Below, one piece after another: positions 17,622 to 25,701 of a stretch of DNA of 32,000 nucleotides. The DNA comes from Candidatus Thalassarchaeaceae archaeon (GTDB taxonomy: Archaea > Thermoplasmatota > Poseidoniia > Poseidoniales > Thalassarchaeaceae). Positions within the stretch are counted from its first letter, which is position 1. Each line of letters opens with the position of its first letter. The DNA is taken from contig JBJLBP010000001.1 in the NCBI GenBank assembly GCA_045568075.1, positions 330,001 to 362,000 of the forward strand, written 5' to 3'. Under the pieces are notes generated by a model. That model ran no database searches and was not told where the DNA came from. It saw nothing but the letters and a program-made list of their open reading frames with translations. Both the position numbers and the translations under genes were made by a program.

Positions 17622-18647
17622 TCAGCCGAAGAGATCGCCTAGTCCACCGAACTCGGCTTCCTCTTCTTCCTCCTCTTCCTCCTCAGCCGGAGTTTCCTCG
17701 GCTGGGTCTGCCGCATCGGAGGTTGCGGCGGGTGCGCTGGTGGCGGCGCTAGCAGCAGCACCGAGTGCAGCTGCCAGCTCGTCATCAAGCGCAGAGGAAT
17801 CTAGCTGGCCCGCGAGGGCCAGCGCGCGCGCGTTGGCGCGCGATACGAACAGTGGAATCGTGACATCGTTGGTGATGCCAGCTTCCACAGCGACAGATGT
17901 CGCCTCTCCGCTGGCCTTGGCCAGGAGGGTCGGCATTGTCTGTGAAGAGAACCAGCGGATGTTGCAGGCGAGATTGAAGGCGCCTGATGTCGCTGTGATG
18001 ATGTCCGTGCGGAATTCTTCAGTGTCGATGTCGAGCGAGTCGGCTTCGAATAGGAAGCCGTCCTCAATCGCTCCGGTAAGGATGATACCAATCTCAATCG
18101 GATTGATTCCAAGCTTTGCGAGCATGATTCCAAGGTCAGCAGAAATCGTTTCTCCTTGCTCGACCACAGTCGTAGTCTTCTGGATAGCAACCTTGCCCTT
18201 GTCGATCTTCGCGGGAATTCCCACGGCGTTGAATTCACCGACGATTGGACCTGGTCCAAACTCGGTTGGTCCCTGCTCTACGACGATGTCGATTGGAGAT
18301 ACCTCGCCTTCCTTAGCTGCACGGCCCTGACGGGTCTTCTCCAATTCTGAGAAGAGTTGGAAGGCGTTCATTGAGTCTGTGTGAACGATGGCCGGCTGGA
18401 TTGCGCCATCAAGTAGAGTGTCGAGGTCGCCCATAGGGCGGCCAGATTGTTCCCAAGCGAGGCGCATCAGCGTCTTCTTGGCCATCGTGATACTCATGCT
18501 GTTGCGGAGGTCTTTGCGCATGCTGAGCATGTTCTTGGCTGGGACGCCGCCAATGTCGACGACTCCCAGAACTCCATCGGAGGACAGAATCGCGGCGAGT
18601 TCTCCGACGCGATCGCGCTTCCATGGAGCGACCTTAGCATCAATCAT
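17622..18647 (-). CDS. rpl10: 50S ribosomal protein uL10 (P0)
   Basis: N-terminus ...APWKRDRVGELAAIL...VVDIGGVPAKNMLSMRKDLR and C-terminal tail EEEEEEEEEAEFGGLGDLFG. The start overlaps the rpl1 stop (ATGA at 18644-18647), with GAGGTGA upstream. Confidence 0.95.
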   Translation of the reverse strand: MIDAKVAPWKRDRVGELAAILSSDGVLGVVDIGGVPAKNMLSMRKDLRNSMSITMAKKTLMRLAWEQSGRPMGDLDTLLDGAIQPAIVHTDSMNAFQLFSELEKTRQGRAAKEGEVSPIDIVVEQGPTEFGPGPIVGEFNAVGIPAKIDKGKVAIQKTTTVVEQGETISADLGIMLAKLGINPIEIGIILTGAIEDGFLFEADSLDIDTEEFRTDIITATSGAFNLACNIRWFSSQTMPTLLAKASGEATSVAVEAGITNDVTIPLFVSRANARALALAGQLDSSALDDELAAALGAAASAATSAPAATSDAADPAEETPAEEEEEEEEEAEFGGLGDLFG

Positions 18648-19288
18648 TGAATCACCTCAATCTTGATTGAGGGTCCCATCGAGGTCTTGACGTAGCAAGA
18701 GCGGATATTTCCAGTACCGCGCTCGAGCTTACCTGTGACACGAGTCCAGATTGCCATTGCGTTGTTGGTCAATTCATCGACGCTCTGCTCGCGAGAGCCG
18801 AGAGGGCTGTGGAAAGTCATCTTATCGCGCGAGCGCACGATTGCAGTATCCTTCAGACCGGCAGCAATCATTGCTGGGTCAAGGGTAGGTGGAACTGGTC
18901 GAGGCATCTTACCGCGAGGTCCGAGAACCACACCGAGGAAGCGACCGACAGTTCCCATATGTGGGATTTCAGCGAGGAAGAAATCAATGCTATTCGCAAG
19001 CTTACGAGCCTTCTGACGATTTCCACCGAGATCTTCGATAGTCGTTGGATCGATGATATCGATTCCGGCGGCGCGTGCCTTGGTAGCCATCTCGCCACCA
19101 GCAAACATTGCAATCTTCACCGGCTTACCGCGACCTGCAGGGAGACGGATCTCCTCCTGGATACGGTTTGCTGGGTTCTTCAGGTCAATGTCCTTCAAGT
19201 TAAACGAGAACTCGACGGTCTCAGTGAACTTGCGCTCAGGAGCGCTGTTCAGGGCTTCTTCAATCGCTGTTTGGATGTTTTCTCTCAT
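18644..19288 (-). CDS. rpl1: 50S ribosomal protein uL1
   Basis: ERKFTETVEFSFNLKDIDLKNPANRIQEEIRLPAGRGKPVKIAMFA... is typical uL1. GAGGTGAGGAAT precedes ATG 19288, which I prefer over the track's start at 19345. Confidence 0.9.
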   Translation of the reverse strand: MRENIQTAIEEALNSAPERKFTETVEFSFNLKDIDLKNPANRIQEEIRLPAGRGKPVKIAMFAGGEMATKARAAGIDIIDPTTIEDLGGNRQKARKLANSIDFFLAEIPHMGTVGRFLGVVLGPRGKMPRPVPPTLDPAMIAAGLKDTAIVRSRDKMTFHSPLGSREQSVDELTNNAMAIWTRVTGKLERGTGNIRSCYVKTSMGPSIKIEVIQ

Positions 19289-19341
19289 ATTCCTCACCTC
19301 TGCGGTCAGCGAGGTTCCCCTCTCCCGCAATTCGTGATATT

Positions 19342-19620
19342 TCACTCAAAATGTTCGTTGAATCTCCCTTCTTCCATTGCTTGTAGAGCGGCCTTGGGCT
19401 CCATGCCCTCAACCTTGACGCGCATTGCCACACAGGTACCCATGATCTCACGCGAGCGCGCGTAAAGAGATGAACCGGTCAAGCGGTCCTTCTGCTTCTC
19501 AGCGACCTGCTTGACTTGCTCCATTGAGAGGTTCTCAGTGGAGGCATCCCAGCTGCCGTTGCACTTCTTCAGACCGAGGGTCTGTATGATCACGTGAGGA
19601 GTCTCGTTTCGCGCTGACAT
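19342..19620 (-). CDS. rpl11: 50S ribosomal protein uL11, C-terminal (rRNA-binding) domain only; the N-terminal domain is absent from this locus
   Basis: ETPHVIIQTLGLKK...NLSMEQVKQVAEKQKDRL...IMGTCVAMRVKVEG aligns by eye to the hinge plus C-terminal domain of bacterial and archaeal L11 (KTPPASFLLKKAAGIEKGS...GTAKSMGIEV). The ~65-aa N-terminal domain (GGKAxxGPPLGPALG...) is not encoded in any frame of the 86-nt spacer up to the spt5 stop. Confidence 0.8.
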   Translation of the reverse strand: MSARNETPHVIIQTLGLKKCNGSWDASTENLSMEQVKQVAEKQKDRLTGSSLYARSREIMGTCVAMRVKVEGMEPKAALQAMEEGRFNEHFE

Positions 19621-19706
19621 ACATGATACCCCCTATTGAAGCGACCCGCCGACCTACTCTCTCTATTTGAGCGTGCTGACGGGCCTCCTGATTCTCCTTT
19701 TTTTGC

Positions 19707-20606
19707 TCATTCGACGCGCTGAGTGACTCTTACTTGGTCAGCGCGCACGGTCAGAGCGACTGGAACAGCTGCATCGAAGAGCTCGACCGTGACCTCTTCT
19801 TTGGATTCTGTAACGCGGATGACGCGGGCGGATTGGCCCTTGAAAGCGCCACCGCTGATCTCGATGATACAACCTTCTTCGATGCCGGCGGTAGCCGCCT
19901 TTGGCTCGAGATAGGAAAGTGTGTTTTCGAGAGGTGACACGCCTGGAAGCACCTTACGGCAATTCTTCAGGCGGGTCGTGGTCATACCGACCATTCCGAT
20001 TAGCTTCTCGACGTGGTGCACGGCGGAGGCTTCGACGAAGATGTAGCCACGCACGTGGCCAGGGACTAGGACTCCGAAGATCTCGTCTTGGATATCCTTG
20101 AGTGACCCGGTTCCTGAGAGGCGGGCGCGAATCTCCTTTGCGACGTTCTGTTCCTGACCGATGCTAGTCTTGAGGATGTAGAGGAAAGAAGCGACGTCTC
20201 CATACATTGCGCCAATCTGAGGAATGGCATAGCGAACTGCCCCCGTCCCCTCGGACGTATCGGATTTGTAATTCTCGATATTGGCCGGGTCGACCCATTC
20301 GAAATTCTTGTAGATGGTTCGAGATGAGACCTCCTCGCTGTCAGAGATGAACAGTAGAGGGGTAACGTCGTTCAGGCGGTTGCCGAAAGCGAGACCGCGA
20401 GCAGGACCGGAGCGAACGTGCTCGAGTGACTCAGCAGGAATGCCGGTGCACTCGGTTACGCGAGCGGTTACGGCATCGATATCTTCGGGATTGCCGGCAC
20501 CATAGATACCATCCCAAGCGCCGGGGAAGTCAGCGACCTCATCGGCTCGCTGCATGATTAGGACCTTCTCGCCGTGGCGAACATAGACTACGAATGCGTC
20601 AGACAT
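19707..20606 (-). CDS. spt5: Transcription elongation factor Spt5 (NGN+KOW) with a ~145-aa N-terminal Nudix-fold-like extension
   Basis: C-terminal half: FLYILKTSIGQEQNVAKEI...GYIFVEA (NGN) and GCIIEISGGAFKGQSARVIRV (KOW). N-terminal half: FVVYVRHGEKVLIMQRADEVADFPGAWDGIYGAGNPEDIDAVTARVTECTGIP is Nudix-like. GAGGTGAGAAAAATG places the start at 20606 (MSDAFVVY...). There is no stop between the two halves. Confidence 0.8.
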   Translation of the reverse strand: MSDAFVVYVRHGEKVLIMQRADEVADFPGAWDGIYGAGNPEDIDAVTARVTECTGIPAESLEHVRSGPARGLAFGNRLNDVTPLLFISDSEEVSSRTIYKNFEWVDPANIENYKSDTSEGTGAVRYAIPQIGAMYGDVASFLYILKTSIGQEQNVAKEIRARLSGTGSLKDIQDEIFGVLVPGHVRGYIFVEASAVHHVEKLIGMVGMTTTRLKNCRKVLPGVSPLENTLSYLEPKAATAGIEEGCIIEISGGAFKGQSARVIRVTESKEEVTVELFDAAVPVALTVRADQVRVTQRVE

Positions 20607-20616
20607 TTTTCTCACC

Positions 20617-20883
20617 TCAGGAGTTCGTAAGCCATGAGAAGAAGTCAGGCAGGACATTGTCCATCAACCAGAGCATACCAAATCCGATAGCACCGAGAAT
20701 GAACATTCCGATACCACAGACGATGACAGTCTGGCGGAATTCCTGCTTGGATGGCTTGCGAGCCATCTTCAGGATACGTGCCATCGATCCAGTCTGAACG
20801 CGGCGTACGCGCTCCTCGATATCATCCTGCAGTCTCTGTGCAGTTTGCTCGATGGCCCCGATGTCTGAGTTCTCCATAGCCAT
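20617..20883 (-). CDS. secE: Protein translocase subunit SecE / Sec61-gamma
   Basis: C-terminal KMARKPSKQEFRQTVIVCGIGMFILGAIGFGMLWL (basic segment plus a single TM) and the conserved position upstream of spt5. GAGGGAGAG precedes ATG 20883. The stop TGA is embedded in the spt5 SD. Confidence 0.8.
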   Translation of the reverse strand: MAMENSDIGAIEQTAQRLQDDIEERVRRVQTGSMARILKMARKPSKQEFRQTVIVCGIGMFILGAIGFGMLWLMDNVLPDFFSWLTNS

Positions 20884-20923
20884 TGCTCTCCCTCTACAGC
20901 GACCCGGCGACAAACCACCCCTC

Positions 20924-20929
20924 TTTAAG
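20924..20929 (-). promoter_or_regulatory. Candidate archaeal TATA box (CTTAAA on the minus strand) for the secE-spt5-r-protein transcription unit
   Basis: Matches YTTAWA. It lies ~43 nt upstream of the secE ATG, consistent with a TSS ~25 nt downstream and a short SD-containing leader. Confidence 0.3.
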
Positions 20930-20938
20930 CACGCCGGG

Positions 20939-20956
20939 CGAACCCCAAGGGGTTCG
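20939..20956 (-). terminator. GC hairpin CGAACCCC-AA-GGGGTTCG between ftsZ and secE
   Basis: Perfect 8-nt inverted repeat ~55 nt downstream of the ftsZ stop, just upstream of the candidate secE TATA. Confidence 0.3.
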
Positions 20957-21011
20957 TCAGCAGTGGCTCAGTAAGAGCAGCTGAATCCATTTCCCAAAGG
21001 TTGGGCTGGAA

Positions 21012-22130
21012 TCAGTTGACGAATTCGACAGTACGGCTGCGCAGGTTACGCATCTGTGTGTGCAGCGCCGCGCCGTGAATTTGCTCGGACTTGACTCCAG
21101 TCAGCACGAGCAACACACGGATTTCATCTCCCATCGATGGATCGGTAGTTGCACCCCAGATAATCCTCGCATAGGGGTTGATTCGGTCGCGAATCAACTG
21201 AGCGCAGCGCTCCGCATCACCAAGCGAGAGCGTAGGCCCCCCGACAACATTGACCAACGCGCCACGAGCATCCGAGATGTCGATCTCGAGTAGCGGCGAT
21301 TCGAGCGCTTCATCGGTAGCACGCTCAGCGCAATTCTCGCCACTCGCCTCACCAAGTCCAATCATTGCGACTCCACCACCATTCTCCATTACGGAACGAA
21401 GGTCTTGGAAGTCGAGGTTCACAACACCCTCTTTCGCAATCATTTCAGATACACCAGCGATAGATCGTATCAGTAATTCATCGGCGACTCGGAAGGCGGC
21501 ATCGAGAGGTAAATCTCGTACACCATCAACCTCTAGAAGCCGCTCATTGGGAAGAACAACGACCGTGTCGCACACCTCACGTAATCGCTCGAGCCCCCAC
21601 TCAGCATTCTGACGTCGTAGAGCGCCCTCTGATAGGAATGGATAGGTCACTACGGCAATAGTCAGCGCACCCTCAGCACGCGCCAAACGAGCAATCACAT
21701 GCGCCGAACCTGTGCCTGTGCCTCCGCCCAAACCGGCGGTGATGAAAGCCAAATCACATTCGGCGACCTCTTTCTTGAGAGCCTTCTCTGATTCGAAGGC
21801 GGCCTGCTCTCCCTTCTCGGGATCGCCACCCGCTCCTCTGCCTCTGGCACTTCTACCGATGAGCACCTTGTTGTCGACGCCCACTCTAAGCAAATGTTGG
21901 GCGTCGGTGTTGATGGCCATTCCACGAACGTACTCGCCATCGAACAGACCTTCCAATTCTAGCCGAGCCACAGTGTTGGAGCCACAGCCACCACAACCGA
22001 AGACACGGATGCGTGGTTGCAGGGATTTGAGTAAGGTCTTGAGTTCAGGATCGGACTCAGTCTGGACCGGAGCGCCCGGTGGTTCTTCCCCATCCTGAAG
22101 TTCCAATACGCGATCGATTAGGTGCTTCAT
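21012..22130 (-). CDS. ftsZ: Cell division GTPase FtsZ
   Basis: VFGCGGCGSNTV (G-box 1), ITAGLGGGTGTGSAHVIARLA (tubulin signature GGGTGTG) and VVTYPFLSEG. ATG 22130 (MKHLIDRV...) is preferred over TTG 22154. Confidence 0.95.
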   Translation of the reverse strand: MKHLIDRVLELQDGEEPPGAPVQTESDPELKTLLKSLQPRIRVFGCGGCGSNTVARLELEGLFDGEYVRGMAINTDAQHLLRVGVDNKVLIGRSARGRGAGGDPEKGEQAAFESEKALKKEVAECDLAFITAGLGGGTGTGSAHVIARLARAEGALTIAVVTYPFLSEGALRRQNAEWGLERLREVCDTVVVLPNERLLEVDGVRDLPLDAAFRVADELLIRSIAGVSEMIAKEGVVNLDFQDLRSVMENGGGVAMIGLGEASGENCAERATDEALESPLLEIDISDARGALVNVVGGPTLSLGDAERCAQLIRDRINPYARIIWGATTDPSMGDEIRVLLVLTGVKSEQIHGAALHTQMRNLRSRTVEFVN

Positions 22131-22208
22131 ACGAATCGCTGGCTCTTGAAGCAAGGATAATGCTTGCCGTAGCGATTGGGCCCGAAGGGCCCATTGTCAA
22201 CCCCTCAA

Positions 22209-22889
22209 TCACTGAGCCAGAAGTTGCTTTCGTGTCTCAATGAATCGCACCACGAAGGTGTAGACACCGCCCCAGAAAGAGACGGCGATTGCAAGTGTCA
22301 TTCCGTTGAGCTCAGCATTTCCAAGAAGTGCCCAGTGAGCATACTCGTGGGCGGTGGAAATATCGATTCCAGCACCGCCGGTGCCGGCCTGCCAAGCAGC
22401 CCAAATCAGGCTAGCAAGCGTAACCACAAGACGGTCGGCACGGCTGAATCCACCATACAATCTCCCCAAGCCGACCGATTGGGCCTGCGTTCCCATGTAT
22501 GATCCTAGTAAGGTGAGCAAAGCAGCAGCCCAACCCGCCAGCGGGTCAATGACGAATGCTGTGTTGTAGCCGATGGCAATAATCAATCCAACATCGACGA
22601 CGCGATCGATTGTATGATCAAGAAAATCTCCATACGGGCCATCAGTTCCTTGATGCCGAGCAAGAGCTCCATCGAGCGCGTCGAAAAGACCAGCAATCAG
22701 CACCAGTACTACAGCGCCAATAATCATCATCGCGCCGTCGCTGTCCATTCCAGCAACAGCAAGCAAGTAGAACGAGACGACCGAAATAACCAGTGAAGTC
22801 CACGTGAGAACGCTAGGGTCTAGGTCACCCATTCGCAGCACGAGGGGTTGGACCGCCTTTGTCCAGGTGTCACGCATCTTCTCGAACAT
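22209..22889 (-). CDS. CDP-alcohol phosphatidyltransferase family protein (archaeal polar-lipid head-group synthase)
   Basis: Signature D-x2-DG-x2-AR-x8-G-x3-D-x3-D, seen as DALDGALARHQGTDGPYGDFLDHTIDRVVD, plus multiple TM helices. Confidence 0.85.
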   Translation of the reverse strand: MFEKMRDTWTKAVQPLVLRMGDLDPSVLTWTSLVISVVSFYLLAVAGMDSDGAMMIIGAVVLVLIAGLFDALDGALARHQGTDGPYGDFLDHTIDRVVDVGLIIAIGYNTAFVIDPLAGWAAALLTLLGSYMGTQAQSVGLGRLYGGFSRADRLVVTLASLIWAAWQAGTGGAGIDISTAHEYAHWALLGNAELNGMTLAIAVSFWGGVYTFVVRFIETRKQLLAQ

Positions 22890-23458
22890 CAGTCATCCAT
22901 CCGTGCTATCCAGTCGATTACGCCCTCAGGGCTAGCCGGTTTGAAGCCATCTGAAATCCATGCAAGAATCGACTTGACAACGGAGTCCACATCTTCTGTC
23001 GTCGTATCGAACTCCGACCAAGGTGAATCTCCCTCGCGCTCGTTCCAAGCCCCGCCAAGCAATTCCCACTCGACATTGCTCTCAATTTTCTCTGCTGAAT
23101 AACCACGCTCGCTGAGCCGCTCGCGCAGGGTTGCTGGGTTGCAGCGGAGCACCACGACAGCGTCAGCGGGGAGGTGGTGCGAAAGGTGTCCATCGATTAT
23201 TTCCGACGAGGCAGGAGCCGATTCCCAAGAATCAGCAATTGCTTCAATCAACAGATCGAGATCGACTGGGCGAGCGCCATCACTCGGGTCTAGCTCGCCT
23301 AAAGCGCCGGCCGATTGTGCCAATTCCTCAATTGTCATGATACCAAATCCAGCTGCTGACAAAAGCGTTGCAACAGTCGTCTTGCCAGTGCCGGGTGTAC
23401 CGGCGAGGGCGAGTCGGAAGGTGCTGACCACGTTGCCTCGGGTTGGTCGGGAACCCAT
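22889..23458 (-). CDS. Fap7/AK6-type adenylate kinase (small-subunit ribosome biogenesis NTPase)
   Basis: P-loop LAGTPGTGKTTVATLL, IIDGHLSHHLPADAVVVLRCNPATLRERLSERGYSAEKIESNVEWE. ATG 23458 is preferred; the track's longer ORF (to 23587) overlaps the divergent CAX gene. Confidence 0.8.
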   Translation of the reverse strand: MGSRPTRGNVVSTFRLALAGTPGTGKTTVATLLSAAGFGIMTIEELAQSAGALGELDPSDGARPVDLDLLIEAIADSWESAPASSEIIDGHLSHHLPADAVVVLRCNPATLRERLSERGYSAEKIESNVEWELLGGAWNEREGDSPWSEFDTTTEDVDSVVKSILAWISDGFKPASPEGVIDWIARMDD

Positions 23459-23508
23459 GAACGCATCGCGAGGCCGACGCAACATTGACCCATCAATCGC
23501 GCACGCGC

Positions 23509-24678
23509 ATGACCATGAGTGAGCCCGCGACCGCCGATGCAACCGGAACACAATCGACAAACCTGAGTGTATTAGGAGCATTTTCACCTAAGAAAACCAA
23601 GCTGAATCTCCTACTTCTTGCCGTGCCTATTACTTGGTATTACGCATACATCTCACATGACTCAACAGCCGCCTTCTTCGCTTCGATGGTAGCAATCATG
23701 CCGCTCGCATTCCTGATGGGTCGTGCAACTGAAGAAATCGCCCTACGTACCTCCGAATCACTAGGGGGGCTGCTAAACGCTACCTTCGGAAATGCTGCAG
23801 AGATGATAATTGCTGGGCTCGCTATCTATGCTGCATACACCGCCGGAGTGGGTAGTGATACCGCGAACACCATGATCCACCTCGTACAAGCGAGCCTGAT
23901 TGGAAGCATCCTCGGAAATCTCCTCCTCGTCATGGGGCTCGCCTTTGTCTGGGGTGGAATCCATTTCGAAGAGCAAGAATTCTCCTCTGCGCAAGTCAGT
24001 ACCAATAGCAGTCTGTTACTTCTAGCGGTGGTCGTGCTCATCGTACCAACCGCTTTCCACTCATCTGTTGGTGGAGATTATGATGGGGGAGGTGTAGAGA
24101 ATCTAAGCCACATTGCAGCAATAATTTTGTTGGGATTGTACGGCCTTTTCCTCTACTTCCAATTCCGTTCACACGCGCATCTATTCGCCACCGAGGGACA
24201 ACATCACGAGTCTCCCGAAATGACCCAACGCGATGCCATAATCCTACTTGTTCTCGCCACAGTACTAGTCTCTTGGATGGCTGAGATTTTGGTGCATTCA
24301 GTCGAATCCGCCGCCGCCGATGTGGGGCTTCCTCATCTCTTCATCGGCGTGATTTTGTTGCCACTATTTGGTAATGCAGCTGAGCATTTTACCGCTGTCA
24401 CAGTTGCTGGAAAAAACAAGATGGATCTATCTTTTGCCATCGCCGTCGGCTCCTCGACACAGATCGCTGTCTTTGTCGCCCCACTGATGGTTCTCATCTC
24501 TTGGTTATTGGGTGTGCAGTTGACTTTCGAGTTTGGTATGCTCGAGACAGTCGCAGTGTTCTGCGCTGTTATGATTGCGAATTTGATTGCTGCTGATGGT
24601 AAATCGAATTGGTTGGAAGGGGCGATGCTACTGGGCGCTTATGTGATTCTTGGGGCTGCTTTCCTCTTCCATCCGTAA
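23509..24678 (+). CDS. Ca2+/H+ (cation/proton) exchanger, CaCA/CAX family
   Basis: Duplicated alpha-repeat signatures GNAAEMIIAGLAI and GNAAEHFTAVTVA, with ~11 TM. The start is ATG 23509 or 23515; the track's TTG is at 23485. Confidence 0.85.
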   Translation: MTMSEPATADATGTQSTNLSVLGAFSPKKTKLNLLLLAVPITWYYAYISHDSTAAFFASMVAIMPLAFLMGRATEEIALRTSESLGGLLNATFGNAAEMIIAGLAIYAAYTAGVGSDTANTMIHLVQASLIGSILGNLLLVMGLAFVWGGIHFEEQEFSSAQVSTNSSLLLLAVVVLIVPTAFHSSVGGDYDGGGVENLSHIAAIILLGLYGLFLYFQFRSHAHLFATEGQHHESPEMTQRDAIILLVLATVLVSWMAEILVHSVESAAADVGLPHLFIGVILLPLFGNAAEHFTAVTVAGKNKMDLSFAIAVGSSTQIAVFVAPLMVLISWLLGVQLTFEFGMLETVAVFCAVMIANLIAADGKSNWLEGAMLLGAYVILGAAFLFHP

Positions 24679-24722
24679 TCGGAAGGGTAGGCTATTGAGC
24701 CGCCTGTACCGGGGGACTCACA

Positions 24723-25607
24723 ATGAGTTGCCTCGGTGCCCTTCCCACTAGCTTTGAACCAACATATACCTGTGCGACTGAGATACTTGCCACTGCTCCG
24801 GTTTCGGCACTGATCATATTCGTAATCGGCATTCCGCTTATCAGTATCGCCAAGCGCTATCTGCGCAGATTATTTGACAAAACCGAGTTCGACGAAGCCC
24901 TTGAAAATTTTATTTTTCGAATCGCCGTTCTGTTGATGTGGGCTTTAGTAATCCTCACCGCTGCAAATGAATTGGGCATCAATGTGACCGGCATCGTCGC
25001 TGCATTGGGAATTCTTGGACTGGCTGTCGCCTTCGCCGCTCAGGACACCATGGAGAATATCATTGCGGGTATATTCGTCATCGTCGACAGACCGTTCCGA
25101 GAAGGTGAGCGCATACTTTTGCCAAAGAAGCTCGGTGGCATTTACAGTAGTTGGGGTGATGTTATCGAAATTGGCCTGCGTACCACGGTCGTGCGCTCTA
25201 CTGATGGGGTGATGCTAACTATTCCCAACAAATTGCTGACCAATGATACAGTAGCAAATTTCAGCCACAGTGCCGACATGGAATTACGCGTTCGGATTAG
25301 GCTGGGACTGATTCCTACCTGGTCTAATGTATCGAAAGCTGAAGAAATCATCATAGATATTGCGGAAAATCATCCTGATATCAGCAAGACGCCGAAACCG
25401 CCAGAGGTTGTAATGCGCGATTTCGGGGACCAAGAAGTTATCATGGAAATCCGATATTATGTCAATAATGCTCGAAAGATGCGTCCGTCAAAGTCCTTCT
25501 TTGTCGGTGAAATTCTTCGACGATTTGATGAGAGTGGGGTGTCGTTGGCTTTCCCAGTCAGAATCAATATGAACAGTGACGTCGACCTCGGAGATCTTGG
25601 ATTTTAG
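24723..25607 (+). CDS. Small-conductance mechanosensitive channel (MscS family)
   Basis: Three N-terminal TMs, then the pore helix/beta-domain signature LAVAFAAQDTMENIIAGIFVIVDRPFREGERI. Confidence 0.85.
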   Translation: MSCLGALPTSFEPTYTCATEILATAPVSALIIFVIGIPLISIAKRYLRRLFDKTEFDEALENFIFRIAVLLMWALVILTAANELGINVTGIVAALGILGLAVAFAAQDTMENIIAGIFVIVDRPFREGERILLPKKLGGIYSSWGDVIEIGLRTTVVRSTDGVMLTIPNKLLTNDTVANFSHSADMELRVRIRLGLIPTWSNVSKAEEIIIDIAENHPDISKTPKPPEVVMRDFGDQEVIMEIRYYVNNARKMRPSKSFFVGEILRRFDESGVSLAFPVRINMNSDVDLGDLGF

Positions 25608-25701
25608 GCAGTGCGATTCCATTGAGGCCTTGCTCGGCCGATTATTCAGCCGGCTGGGTAATCTCGCGCTTCAGACGGTAGCCATCCGATTGAGATATCT
25701 T

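Noticed and set aside
17300-17700. GAA/GAG/CCT-rich repetitive stretches and the similar 3' ends of rpl12 and rpl10 as a possible tandem repeat or CRISPR-like element
   Set aside because: They encode the conserved acidic stalk tails (EEEE..GLGxLFG) shared by P0 and P1. There is no repeat-spacer periodicity.
17260-18330. 356-aa plus-strand ORF (Ala/Ser/Pro-rich)
   Set aside because: It is the antisense shadow of rpl12 and rpl10. Its low-complexity sequence derives from the complement of the GAA/GCC-rich acidic/Ala hinge codons, and the minus-strand genes have unmistakable ribosomal-protein sequences.
18809-19465. 218-aa plus-strand ORF across rpl1/rpl11
   Set aside because: It is antisense to clearly identified uL1/uL11 coding sequence and has no recognisable features.
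19621-19710. Idea that the three in-frame TAG codons upstream of rpl11 are read through (pyrrolysine/recoding) to give a longer L11
   Set aside because: Even with read-through only 30 residues are added, and they (MSKKRRIRRPVSTLK.RE.VGGSLQ.GVSC) bear no resemblance to the L11 N-terminal domain. No Pyl machinery is visible in the window.
20914-21011. Possible tRNA or small RNA in the ftsZ-secE spacer
   Set aside because: No acceptor/T-arm (GTTCRAATC) or cloverleaf could be drawn. The hairpin plus TATA-like element are adequately explained as a terminator/promoter junction.
22889-23587. Long N-terminal extensions given by the ORF track (fap7 to 23587; also TTG/GTG starts at 151, 6537, 11351, 12580, 12860, 14583, 16600, 17612, 19345, 20657, 20913, 22154, 23485, 28204, 28301)
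   Set aside because: The extensions overlap divergent genes or lack SD/TATA context. Internal ATGs have GAGGTGA-type SDs or match the conserved N-termini of the families.
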